Below, in pieces: positions 1 through 8,895 of a DNA stretch of 64,000 nucleotides. How positions within the stretch are numbered: the first letter of the stretch is position 1; each line of letters starts with the position of its first letter. Source of the stretch: Oscillospiraceae bacterium (GTDB lineage Bacteria > Bacillota > Clostridia > Oscillospirales > CAG-272); NCBI GenBank assembly GCA_015065105.1, contig SVQZ01000006.1, forward strand, positions 28,274 through 92,273, in the 5' to 3' direction. The notes beneath the pieces are model-generated. The model was not told the origin of the DNA, searched no databases, and saw only the letters and a list, made by a program, of their open reading frames with translations. The translations under genes and the position numbers were made by a program.

Positions 1-559
1 GGCAGGGTGTTCCCGCTCTGTCGGAATATCCGTTTTCGATGGGGGTGAGAATGCGGCATCGGTCACTGAAGACCACCTTTACCTTTGTTCCCTCGGGGAA
101 CAGCTTTGTGTCGGCGATCTCGGAAATTATACCGTCAAAGCCGTTTTTATCCCATTTTTCTATTGTGACTATAAAGGAGGGACGCTCTTCGGATTCGGAA
201 ATTGATTCGTTGGAAAAATCATCGGTGCTTTCATTTTTTAAACCGGAGGAAGAATTATCATCGACCCCGGGAAGGGGGGAGCTCTGCGATGCTTCGCCGT
301 CAAACGAACCGTTATCCTCTGAATGCAAAGACGTTTCTATCTGCGTTTCCTCCTGAACAACACTGTCTTTGCTGTCAAGCATACCTGTATGCCGGGCAAC
401 CAAAACACCGGTCAATATAAGGCAGAAGCAGGCGGCTGCGGGGATGATCCTGAACCATATCCTTTTATCTTCGTCCCTGTTTCTTCTTCTTTTGTCTGCG
501 CTTATTATAAGATCGTCATCGAGATAGTTCAGCGCATCATGGAGCTTTTCGGGTCTCAT
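1..559 (-). CDS. putative anti-sigma factor / membrane protein (3' end outside window)
   Basis: My own minus-strand translation from the ATG at 559-557, which overlaps the sigma-factor stop as ATGA: MRPEKLHDALNYLDDDLIISADKRRRNRDEDKRIWFRIIPAAACFCLILTGVLVA... The frame stays open to position 1 and has one TM helix. It lies directly downstream of an ECF sigma gene. It is absent from the ORF track because it has no stop in the window. Confidence 0.45.
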   Translation of the reverse strand, partial: MRPEKLHDALNYLDDDLIISADKRRRNRDEDKRIWFRIIPAAACFCLILTGVLVARHTGMLDSKDSVVQEETQIETSLHSEDNGSFDGEASQSSPLPGVDDNSSSGLKNESTDDFSNESISESEERPSFIVTIEKWDKNGFDGIISEIADTKLFPEGTKVKVVFSDRCRILTPIENGYSDRAGTPC

Positions 560-1116
560 GTCTCAAATCCCTCCTTTACGAGAAATTCTTTAAGGGCGCA
601 TCTTGTTCGGTAGAGCCTGCTCTTTGCCTTCGATTCACTCATACGGCAATACTTGGCCGCATCACTCAGAGAATCGAGATAATAGTATCTTATTACAAAT
701 AGATCTCTTGTATCCTTCGGAAGAGTACGTAAAAATCTGCTTACAGCCTCAGCTAAAATTTTATCTTCTATATTCTTTTCGGGAGAAATGGAGGGGTCGG
801 CCGTATCCCCGAGCTCTTCAAGAGAAAGGGCATACTCGCTTCCTCTTCTTTTTTGAGTGTTTCTTTTTCTGAAAATGTCTATTGAAATGAAACGGGTCAG
901 CTTCCCGAGATATGCAGACAGAATATTAGGTCTGTTGGGCGGGATGGAGTTCCACGCGGCAAGATAGGTGTCGTTGACGCTTTCCTCCGAATCCTTTGGG
1001 TCTGACAAAATATTACAGGCTATCTTTAAAAGATATCTGCCGTATTTTTTGTCGGTCTCCTCTATGGCAGACTCGTTGCGTTCAAAGTACAGCTCAACTA
1101 TTTTGTTGTCCTCCAT
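556..1116 (-). CDS. RNA polymerase sigma-70 family ECF sigma factor
   Basis: 186 aa. Region 2-like segment (DSEESVNDTYLAAWNSIP) and region 4 HTH-like segment (DLFVIRYYYLDSLSDAAKYCRMSESKAKSRLYRTRCALKEFL) are typical of ECF sigma-24 proteins. Confidence 0.85.
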   Translation of the reverse strand: MEDNKIVELYFERNESAIEETDKKYGRYLLKIACNILSDPKDSEESVNDTYLAAWNSIPPNRPNILSAYLGKLTRFISIDIFRKRNTQKRRGSEYALSLEELGDTADPSISPEKNIEDKILAEAVSRFLRTLPKDTRDLFVIRYYYLDSLSDAAKYCRMSESKAKSRLYRTRCALKEFLVKEGFET

Positions 1117-1367
1117 TAACGTACCTCCTTTTCAGTCCTTTATAAAAACAAGAGTACGGCTGTCTTTTACGGGCTTCAGACAGAATACACGAAGTGAAAA
1201 TGTTTTCTCTCATATAAATATATCGTAAAATAATCATTTTGGTTTCGGTATAAACGAAAATTTTATATTATAGAACACCGCTTCAGTTAGGGTAGTTTTC
1301 GTAAGCGTCATTCCCGAACATCGCTTAAAGCCCAAAAAGCTGACGCTTTCGGGAAATAATAAATAAT

Positions 1368-1393
1368 CAAGGCGGTCCGAAAGGATCGCCTTG
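1368..1393 (-). terminator. rho-independent terminator downstream of glycerate kinase
   Basis: Hairpin caaggcgatcc-tttc-ggaccgccttg on the minus strand, 3 nt after the stop, followed by T-rich sequence. Confidence 0.6.
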
Positions 1394-1396
1394 GAA

Positions 1397-2500
1397 TTAT
1401 TTATAAGTCATAAGCTTCATTACGTTATACGCGGTCTTGTAAAGAGAGGGCTCGTTTACGAGCTTTGCTTCCTTAAAGGGCATAGCTCTTCTCTGGATGG
1501 AGAATACGGCTGTAACACCCATTTCGTAGCACGTTTCGCTTTCGTCAGCCGCACCGCAGAGAACGATAAGCGGAATACCCTTGGGCTTTGTACGGGCAGC
1601 GATTCCCGAAATAGCCTTACCGTCTATGCTCTGGGAGTCAAAGCGTCCTTCACCTGTGAAAACAATGTCGGTGTCCTCAAGCTCAAGATCGAAATTTTTT
1701 GTATCAAGCACAACGTCTATACCCCGGCGAAGCTCCGAACCGAGAAACGCAACCATTCCCGCACCGCAGCCGCCTGCCGCACCCGCGCCGGGTATGTTTG
1801 CAACGTCCTTGCCCAAATATTCCTTGACCTTTTCGCTTGCGTGACGCATTGCAGAGTCAAGAAGCGGTAAAACGCAGGACTTTGCACCCTTCTGAGGAGC
1901 AAACACAAAGGAGGCACCCTTTTCTCCGCAAAGGGGATTGTCGATATCGCACATGGTGGTTATCTCACACTCCTTGATGCGGGTGTCGAGGGCGGAAATG
2001 TCAATGCTTTCGATATCGGCGAGAGACAGCCCGGCGGGAATAAAGCAATTACCTTCTTTGTTCCTGAATCTGACTCCCAAAGCGGCAGCTATACCGCATC
2101 CCATATCATTTGTGGAGCTGCCTCCGAGGGCAACTATAAACTTACGGAAGCCTGCGTTGAGGGCAGCACGTATAAGCTGACCTACGCCGTATGTAGTGGC
2201 GGTTTCGGGCTCGAGACGCTTTGCCATGGGAAGACCTGCACAAGCGGCAAGCTCTATAACAGCTGTGTCACCCAAAACTCCGTAAAAGCTTTGGATCCTC
2301 TCATACTGCGAGCCTGTGGCGGTAACGCGGCGTCTCTGCGCTCCAAAGGCGTCTATCGTACCCTCGCCGCCGTCGGCAATGGGCAGAAGCAGGGTCTTGG
2401 CATCGGGTAAAACAGCCTTTACAGCCTTGTTTATCGTCTCAGCCACCTCTCGGGCGCAAAGAGTTCCTTTATATGAATCGGGGGCAATGATTATCTTCAT
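1397..2500 (-). CDS. glxK: glycerate kinase
   Basis: 367 aa. The N-terminus MKIIIAPDSYKGTL...LPIADGGEGT is the hallmark of the glycerate kinase family. Length is typical. Confidence 0.9.
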   Translation of the reverse strand: MKIIIAPDSYKGTLCAREVAETINKAVKAVLPDAKTLLLPIADGGEGTIDAFGAQRRRVTATGSQYERIQSFYGVLGDTAVIELAACAGLPMAKRLEPETATTYGVGQLIRAALNAGFRKFIVALGGSSTNDMGCGIAAALGVRFRNKEGNCFIPAGLSLADIESIDISALDTRIKECEITTMCDIDNPLCGEKGASFVFAPQKGAKSCVLPLLDSAMRHASEKVKEYLGKDVANIPGAGAAGGCGAGMVAFLGSELRRGIDVVLDTKNFDLELEDTDIVFTGEGRFDSQSIDGKAISGIAARTKPKGIPLIVLCGAADESETCYEMGVTAVFSIQRRAMPFKEAKLVNEPSLYKTAYNVMKLMTYK

Positions 2501-2606
2501 TTAGGGGAGATCCTTCCGTTTTTGAATAATATCTGTTGTTTTTGCATATACTACAATAACATTGTATCACAAAAAAGAATAATAATCAATAAAAAATAAA
2601 AAAAAC

Positions 2607-2635
2607 CTTGACAAAGGAAAAAGGGTATGCTATAA
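2607..2635 (+). promoter_or_regulatory. sigma-A type promoter of the tRNA pair
   Basis: TTGACA (2607-2612), 17-nt spacer, TATAAT (2630-2635), about 45 nt upstream of tRNA-Leu. Confidence 0.7.
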
Positions 2636-2677
2636 TAATTAGGCTAAAGACGACAGCAACTTGTTTTGAGCAAAAAC

Positions 2678-2766
2678 GCCGGAGTGGCGGAATAGGCAGA
2701 CGCCCGGGACTTAAAATCCCGTGGGATTAATTTCCCGTACCGGTTCGACCCCGGTTTCCGGCACCA
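2678..2766 (+). tRNA. tRNA-Leu (anticodon TAA), CCA encoded
   Basis: Manual cloverleaf. Acceptor GCCGGAG/TTCCGGC, anticodon stem CGGGA/TCCCG with loop CTTAAAA, long variable arm (GGGA..TCCC), T arm ACCGG-TTCGACC-CCGGT, and 3' ACCA. Confidence 0.85.
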
Positions 2767-2800
2767 TCAAGCCGGTCAAAAAGGTCGGCTTGATCAATAT

Positions 2801-2850
<50 letters not shown>

Positions 2851-2875
<25 letters not shown>

Positions 2876-3317
2876 GAAACGAAAAGACATCCAAACGGAT
2901 GTCTTTTTTCGTTTCTGATTTCAGAAACAGAATTTGTAATGCGGCCGACGGGTTCCCGGAGGGGAACGAGCCGAGCGCGTCCGGGGGACGATACAGTGAG
3001 GCGAGTGAGTGGCAGCGGTCTGTATTTTCAAGGCACCGCCGTGTGCCGCCGAAAATACAGGGAACCGCAACAGGACGCGGTTCGATCCCTGTCTCCGCAA
3101 CCAGAAACGAAAAGACATCCAAACGGATGTCTTTTTTCGTTTCTGATTTCAGAAACAGAATTTGTAATGCGGCCGACGGGTTCCCGGAGGGGAACGAGCC
3201 GAGCGCGTCCGGGGGACGATACAGCGAGGCGAGTGAGTGGCAGCGGTCTGTATTTTCAAGGCACCGCCGTGTGCCGCCGAAAATACAGGGAACCGCAACA
3301 GGACGCGGTTCGATCCC
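2851..3317 (+). repeat. 228-bp tandem direct repeat (2 full units plus 11 nt) starting inside tRNA-fMet
   Basis: Units 2851-3078 and 3079-3306 differ at one position that I could see (T at 2996 vs C at 3224). Each begins with GGTTCGATCCCTGTCTCCGCAACCA, the last 25 nt of tRNA-fMet, followed by the terminator and a GC-rich ~160-nt segment. A third start, GGTTCGATCCC, is at 3307-3317. Confidence 0.9.
2876..2915 (+). terminator. rho-independent terminator after tRNA-fMet (duplicated at 3104-3143)
   Basis: gaaacgaaaagacatcc-aaac-ggatgtcttttttcgtttc: long hairpin with an embedded T-run. Confidence 0.7.
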
Positions 3318-3399
3318 AGAGTATAATGATACTACAGTGGTGGAATCGCTTTAAATTATAGCTGAATAATATTTAGGGCATACTCTGTCTCCGCAACCA
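3318..3399 (+). other. 67-bp AT-rich insert with 7-bp terminal inverted repeats, then the rest of the third tRNA-3' core
   Basis: AGAGTAT (3318-3324) and ATACTCT (3380-3386) are reverse complements. CTGTCTCCGCAACCA follows at 3385-3399 and completes the core that began at 3307. Confidence 0.6.
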
Positions 3400-3401
3400 A
3401 A

Positions 3402-3437
3402 GGAAACCCTTGTAAATCAAGGGTTTCTTTCTTTTTT
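3402..3437 (+). terminator. rho-independent terminator after the third tRNA-3' core copy
   Basis: gaaaccctt-gtaaatc-aagggtttc followed by tttcttttttg. Confidence 0.6.
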
Positions 3438-3903
3438 GCTTTTCCCTGTTTGCCTGTTTAGACGGAAATAGACCTATCTTTTCTGCCGGTTTTTTGCCGG
3501 TTTCTACGGTGAATGGGACAAAAACCGTAGTAAATATTATAAAAAACAATGTGATGTCAACTGTGAGATTAGTAAACCTAGCCTCTTTTGACATCACATT
3601 ATTATTTCTCTATCTTTACATTACATCTCCCACCAAATATAAAAGACACAGAGTAGATTTGACAAAACTTTGGAAACCAGTTGAAGTTTCGTTATAGCAA
3701 GCCTTTTTGCATCTCTTTATCGTAAATATAGCATATTTTAGAATGGATAGTAATTGCTATTATGAGAGGCATAATGAATATTTTAAACAGTCTTGGTGTT
3801 TTACAACCAAGAGTGTTTGCTTTTTGCACAATACTATTCAGTATTTTCAAAAATAACCTTACATCATAGATACACAACATTTTTTCAACATTGTCGAAAC
3901 CTG

Positions 3904-3932
3904 TTGCATTTTACACTAAAATATGTTAAAAT
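3904..3932 (+). promoter_or_regulatory. candidate promoter of the two-gene islet operon
   Basis: TTGCAT (3904-3909), 17 nt, TAAAAT (3927-3932), about 58 nt upstream of the ATG at 3990. AT-rich context lowers specificity. Confidence 0.35.
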
Positions 3933-3989
3933 TATTTTGATATATAGATATATCGTACAAAAATATAAATTAGTTTATTGGAGGGTTCT

Positions 3990-6900
3990 ATGAAGGTCGA
4001 GCAATTATTGAACGATTTGTGTAAATTTTTGAAGATGTTGCCACATCCCATTTTGTTAGAGTGTATTGACAATATAACATTTATAAATAGAAACGAACGT
4101 CGCAAATATGAAAGAATTAAAAATTTGGATAATAAAATCGATGCTCTTGTTCAAGATGTACGTTTTAGAGTGAAATTAATAGAAAATATACATCAAAACT
4201 ATAATCAAAATATACAATTTTCTGGTGATGTTCTATATGAAGACTTGTTAGCTTCAATTAATTCGGAAAATTGCATGTCGGTAATTGTATATATATTATA
4301 TCTATGTTGTGACGGTGATTTTGACAAACAACATTTCAGTAAGTTTATCGAATCGGAACCGTTTCAAAAAACTATAAAAAAAGCTTGGGATACTCCCACT
4401 ATATTAGAAATTAACAGTGCAACAAATATAATCGAAAATACATCATTCAAGGAGAAAAAAACTATGTTTTGGTATCTTGGTAATATTGAATTAAGATCTA
4501 CATATTACAATTTCAAACCGCGATATATTTACGAAGAATTAGAAGGTGTAATATCAGAAATTCCCAACGATGTATTAAAAGAAGATTTTCCGGAACACGG
4601 GTCTATCAATCTCGGATACCAGCATTTAGGCGATCAAGCCCACGAATTCTTAAAATCGCTTAACATAGACAAAATTCATGATATATCTGATACTACACCT
4701 ATCACTAGTGTTTTCGCTATACATATCGAAAATAGTGATATAGAGAATAACGACAATGACAAAATTCGCAAAAAAATAGATTTGCAGAAAATCTATGAAA
4801 ACGGCATTTTACTATCCGACATAATAAAACCCATTTCCGACTTTAAAATGTATAAAATCGTTACTCCACAAGAAAATATAGTTGCTGATTCGTTTGCGGG
4901 AATAATTTTTGTAAACGAAGATCATTATTATCCAGAAGAATTAGTTCTATTAGAATGGGGAGAAAATCGCTTATTCGGTCCTTATAAGTTACAAGAACGT
5001 TCAATAGATGGCGAAAAATATATCCGTCCAGACAGTGGTAGCAATCAATATTTACTGGAATACTATTCCGAAGAAGATTATGAATCGTTTTTCTTTGAAA
5101 AAATTCCATATCTTCATGACTCTGTTTTTACAGACATAGCATTTTTAAAAAAATCTCCTAAATGCTTCGATGCCATTCCTTTAGAAATACTACTTTCAAA
5201 ACTTACTGAATCAGTAGATTTTAATTTAATTGAAAGCAATCCAGATGAATTTGTAAGATTGTATACAACTTCACCATTTTTGGGACAACTCCCCTCTGAA
5301 ATCCGTAAACAACGTATAGAAAGAGTTGAAGAAATCTTTAAAAGTACCGCACATTATGATGACAAAAAGAGGGATGTCCTAGAATCTCTTTTTGACAATT
5401 TAGGTGATAATGTTTTTAGTATTTTAGGCGATAAAATCAAAAATAGTTCTGAATTCAAAAAGCTCCAAGAACAAGCGACTATTTTACAAGAAACTAACAA
5501 CAAGCTGAAAAATGATAATGATAGTTTGACAGAAGAAAACAGGCGATTGCTTCAAGAAAATACCCAGCTTGAAGAAAATGCGAATCATAATGGCACATTT
5601 ATTGATTCGGAAAAAATCGAAGAGTTAGAACAAGAAATTGCTGAGTTAAGCGAAAAGGTAGCAATAATCGACGACTACGACTCATTATCTAAAGATTACG
5701 ATGAGTTAAGAAAAAAATATCAACAAGAAACTGATTTATATGATTCAAAAGTCATCGAAGTTAATGAAAAGAAGAATGAATTAAACGAACTCCAGGCAAA
5801 ATTCAAATCTTTTATTACAAATGAATTAAACGGATCTGATGTAACCAAAACTCTCAGAACTGCTTTCGATCCATACATATCCAATGCAATGATCGAAGCA
5901 GCAGGAAAATATCAATACGATTCAGAGAACGCATATTATAAGGAAATATCTGAAAAACTAAACAAATTAGATACTCCGAAATATGAAAAAGAAGATCTAA
6001 TTAATCGACTTGTTAAGCATGTTCAACTCTCACGAAAATACACTAAAAACGAAATCTTAAATATATATATCTGTCTCTCGCAAAATTTCTTAACGATTTT
6101 TTCAGGTGAACCCGGAACTGGTAAGACTTCAATTTGTAATATTCTTGCTGATAGCTTAGGATTAAACAATTTCGGTACTGAAAAAAATATATCTATGAAT
6201 AGATATATTCCCGTTTCGGTAGAACGCGGTTGGTCATCTAAAAGAGATTTGATAGGATACTTCAATCCTCTTACAAAAAAGTATGATAGAAATAATTCTA
6301 AAATATATGATGGATTGATGCTTTTGAACGAAGAAAGATCGAATTCTCGTTTTCCTTATGTCATTCTTCTCGACGAGGCAAATTTAAGTCCTATAGAGTA
6401 TTATTGGGCAGATTTTATGAGAGCAGCAGACCGCACGGGAGAAAAAAATTATGTAAATATCGGATTGAATGAAGATATCTATATACCCCAAACACTTCGT
6501 TTTCTCGCAACTATAAACAATGACCAAACAACTGAACGTTTATCGCCTCGTTTGGTGGACCGTGCGTGGATAATTAAACTTCCTAAAACAAGTGTACTAG
6601 AATCTGCAACATATATAGATAATCTTAATAATGATACTATCTTATGGAACGACATAGAAAACGCTTTCATTGTTTCTGAAAGCAAAGAAATGTCTTTGAA
6701 AAATTTGGCAGAGCAAATCTATAAACTCTTTGATGAACACAATCTTTCCGTAAGTCCTAGAGTTCAACAGAGCATAAAAAGATATGTTTGTGTTGCACAA
6801 GAAATAATGGAAGATGAAATAGGCGTTTCGAATAAAAAAGAAAAAGCACTTGATTTTGCTATTGTCCAGAAGTTATTACCCAAGATTAATGGCTATTATA

Positions 6901-7034
6901 AGGACTACGAACGTCTATTTACTTCACTCAAACAAATTTGTGATGAAAATAACTTAAAAATGACCAAAGAGGCGTTGATTTTCATGGAAGATTTTCAGCG
7001 TCAAAATATGGGTTATTGTCAGTATCTCGTATAA
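3990..7034 (+). CDS. McrB-like AAA+ NTPase with unknown N-terminal region and central coiled coil
   Basis: Start moved to ATG 3990, since GGAGG at 3980-3984 makes the track's TTG at 3978 less likely. Walker A GEPGTGKTS (6105-6131). Walker B ILLDEAN (D-E at 6372-6377). Motifs parallel to E. coli McrB: VSVERGWSSKRDLIGYFNP vs VQFHQSYSYEDFIQGYRP, and ATINNDQTTERLSPRLVDRAWII vs LMNTADRSLAVVDYALRRRFSF. Heptad-rich, charged, low-complexity segment KKLQEQATILQETNNKLKNDNDSLTEENRRLLQEN...ELNELQAKFKSF (~5450-5815). Confidence 0.75.
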   Translation: MKVEQLLNDLCKFLKMLPHPILLECIDNITFINRNERRKYERIKNLDNKIDALVQDVRFRVKLIENIHQNYNQNIQFSGDVLYEDLLASINSENCMSVIVYILYLCCDGDFDKQHFSKFIESEPFQKTIKKAWDTPTILEINSATNIIENTSFKEKKTMFWYLGNIELRSTYYNFKPRYIYEELEGVISEIPNDVLKEDFPEHGSINLGYQHLGDQAHEFLKSLNIDKIHDISDTTPITSVFAIHIENSDIENNDNDKIRKKIDLQKIYENGILLSDIIKPISDFKMYKIVTPQENIVADSFAGIIFVNEDHYYPEELVLLEWGENRLFGPYKLQERSIDGEKYIRPDSGSNQYLLEYYSEEDYESFFFEKIPYLHDSVFTDIAFLKKSPKCFDAIPLEILLSKLTESVDFNLIESNPDEFVRLYTTSPFLGQLPSEIRKQRIERVEEIFKSTAHYDDKKRDVLESLFDNLGDNVFSILGDKIKNSSEFKKLQEQATILQETNNKLKNDNDSLTEENRRLLQENTQLEENANHNGTFIDSEKIEELEQEIAELSEKVAIIDDYDSLSKDYDELRKKYQQETDLYDSKVIEVNEKKNELNELQAKFKSFITNELNGSDVTKTLRTAFDPYISNAMIEAAGKYQYDSENAYYKEISEKLNKLDTPKYEKEDLINRLVKHVQLSRKYTKNEILNIYICLSQNFLTIFSGEPGTGKTSICNILADSLGLNNFGTEKNISMNRYIPVSVERGWSSKRDLIGYFNPLTKKYDRNNSKIYDGLMLLNEERSNSRFPYVILLDEANLSPIEYYWADFMRAADRTGEKNYVNIGLNEDIYIPQTLRFLATINNDQTTERLSPRLVDRAWIIKLPKTSVLESATYIDNLNNDTILWNDIENAFIVSESKEMSLKNLAEQIYKLFDEHNLSVSPRVQQSIKRYVCVAQEIMEDEIGVSNKKEKALDFAIVQKLLPKINGYYKDYERLFTSLKQICDENNLKMTKEALIFMEDFQRQNMGYCQYLV

Positions 7035-7052
7035 TTAGGAAGATATACATAT

Positions 7053-8852
7053 ATGAACAATTATATTTTGCGGTTAGAAACCAATACATACAACAGAGAA
7101 ATTCCGTTGATCTTAAAAGATACAATCGATTTGTTTGACGATTATTTCGAACAACTTAACGGAGAGTATATACATAACGATTATGCATTTAAACTTTCTG
7201 TTATAGATTCGCAATGCAATAAAGTTCATATAGATAGCTTGTTCATAAACAATGAGATAGTTGATGATGAAAAATTTTTGTGTGGTTGTAAAACATTGCA
7301 TATTTTTTTGGAGTGTTTTGGTATTGTAAAAATCGAAGTTATTATTGAAGGTGTTTCATACATCACCCAAAATATAAGAATCATAATGAAAGAAAATGCA
7401 ATAAACAACAATATACTCAATATGATTGATTATATATATGATAATTGCGATGATTACTTGTATGAAGAACACAAGCACTCCAAAACGGCTACGGGAATAA
7501 ACCCCAACTCTAAAGTCTCTATTGATAGTAAATTGTCTATGATTAATGATATTTATGACACTTATATCAAAGGGTACAATATACTAAAATATAACGCACA
7601 GACAAGACTTATCAATACAAATAAAATTGGTGATTTTTCCGAATTACAATCTATTAATAGTACCACTATTGATTATATAGTTAACCATCCTGAAGAATTA
7701 CAGCCTGTTAGTTACAACTCAGGTATAGCGGTTAATAAGCAACACTATCAGCCTAGAAAAACATTGGTGCAATCCGTATCTTATTCTTCAGACATATATG
7801 AAAATCAGGTAATTGTTGGTTTTCTAAAATCTGTTATTAAAGATTTAGAAGATATCAAAACATTAATAGAATCGCACAAAAAACAAAATAGTGTTCCATA
7901 TAAACGAGATGGTTATATAGATTCTTCGTACTATATATACACTCGGAATGTAAAATTACTAAATGATTATTTGTTGAACATTGACGATGCTATTATTCGC
8001 TTTCAAAAATTATATTTAGAATTCAAAAAAATTTTGAATGTAAATGATATAAATATAATATCTCAACCAATGTATACAAATATATTTAGAAGAATTCTGC
8101 CGTATAACATCATTTTTGAAAAGATTTGCAATTGGTTTAATTGTGGTAATTACGATCTAACCAAATCTGACCTGTTACTCAGTTTTGTTTCTATAAGTAA
8201 AATATATGAGTATTTTTGCTTATTAAAACTCAACCGTGCTATAAATAATCGCGGTTATACGATGGAAAAAGGATATTCTTATAAATACGATGAAAACAAG
8301 TATTATCATAACACTACATATAACAACACATTTGAATATGCAAAAGATGGAATAAGAATCACATTGTATTATCAACCAATCATCTATGGAAAAACCAATG
8401 GACGAGAAAGACCAAATGGTATCATGTTATTTAGGAATACTACTATCAGCATAAAAGATCCTTCTATTCTTGCAATGCTAGATGATAGTGCACCACAACG
8501 TGGTAATAGTTATGTGCCTGACTATTTAATAAAAGTTAATAAAGAAAATAGCACTAATTACTACATTTTAGATGCCAAACATAGTACGGTTAATAATATT
8601 AAACGATATCAACTTCCACATTTGATATTCAAATACTTGTTTTCTATCAGTACTTACCCACAAGGTGAAAATATCAAAGGTATGTGTATTTTGTGCGGAA
8701 AAGATTCATTTAACTCAACAGAAAATCTTTATGATATTGCAAGTTCTTTTAATATCAAATTAAATCCCCAAGCATCCATTTGTCAAATCACCGGAACCGA
8801 TATTTCAAATGATAAAGATTTGGAAGAATATATTAAACAAATAGAGTTATAA
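7053..8852 (+). CDS. McrC-like protein with C-terminal PD-(D/E)xK nuclease motif
   Basis: 599 aa, 18 nt downstream of the ATPase gene. Motif ...KIYEYFCLLKL...YVPDYLIKVNKENSTNYYILDAKHS fits the E...PD...(D/E)xK layout (D at 8520-8522, D-A-K at 8571-8579). A large N-terminal region coupled to a McrB-like ATPase matches McrC/DUF2357-type partners. Confidence 0.7.
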   Translation: MNNYILRLETNTYNREIPLILKDTIDLFDDYFEQLNGEYIHNDYAFKLSVIDSQCNKVHIDSLFINNEIVDDEKFLCGCKTLHIFLECFGIVKIEVIIEGVSYITQNIRIIMKENAINNNILNMIDYIYDNCDDYLYEEHKHSKTATGINPNSKVSIDSKLSMINDIYDTYIKGYNILKYNAQTRLINTNKIGDFSELQSINSTTIDYIVNHPEELQPVSYNSGIAVNKQHYQPRKTLVQSVSYSSDIYENQVIVGFLKSVIKDLEDIKTLIESHKKQNSVPYKRDGYIDSSYYIYTRNVKLLNDYLLNIDDAIIRFQKLYLEFKKILNVNDINIISQPMYTNIFRRILPYNIIFEKICNWFNCGNYDLTKSDLLLSFVSISKIYEYFCLLKLNRAINNRGYTMEKGYSYKYDENKYYHNTTYNNTFEYAKDGIRITLYYQPIIYGKTNGRERPNGIMLFRNTTISIKDPSILAMLDDSAPQRGNSYVPDYLIKVNKENSTNYYILDAKHSTVNNIKRYQLPHLIFKYLFSISTYPQGENIKGMCILCGKDSFNSTENLYDIASSFNIKLNPQASICQITGTDISNDKDLEEYIKQIEL

Positions 8853-8895
8853 ATGTCGTTAAACTAGTATTTATAAATATATATTATAACTCTGA

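Noticed and set aside
1260-1360. Interleaved complementary segments (AGCGTCA TTCCCGAA ... TGACGCT TTCGGGAA) upstream of the ECF sigma operon as a possible pseudoknot or riboswitch.
   Set aside because: The order A-B-A'-B' could form alternative hairpins, but I recognise no known motif. The region is short, so evidence is insufficient to call a feature.
3059-3104. Possible tmRNA 3' end, since GGACGCGGTTCGATCCC resembles the conserved tmRNA GGACGCGGGTTCGA T-arm.
   Set aside because: The proposed T stem does not pair (CGCGG vs CCTGT). There is no tag-reading-frame or pseudoknot region upstream. The match is explained by the junction between the repeat unit and the tRNA-fMet 3' core.
2899-3361. 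Two overlapping plus-strand ORFs (151 and 140 aa) across the 228-bp tandem repeat.
   Set aside because: They read through a terminator hairpin and tRNA-derived sequence and have no RBS. Their internally repeated peptides are simply a by-product of the DNA duplication.
3373-3880. Small ORFs in the AT-rich leader of the islet (3373-3597 minus, 3494-3697 plus, 3692-3880 minus).
   Set aside because: One runs through the terminator and the tRNA core fragment. None has an RBS or a recognisable motif. ORFs of this size are expected by chance in AT-rich DNA only when stop codons happen to be absent, so I treat them as unsupported rather than disproved.
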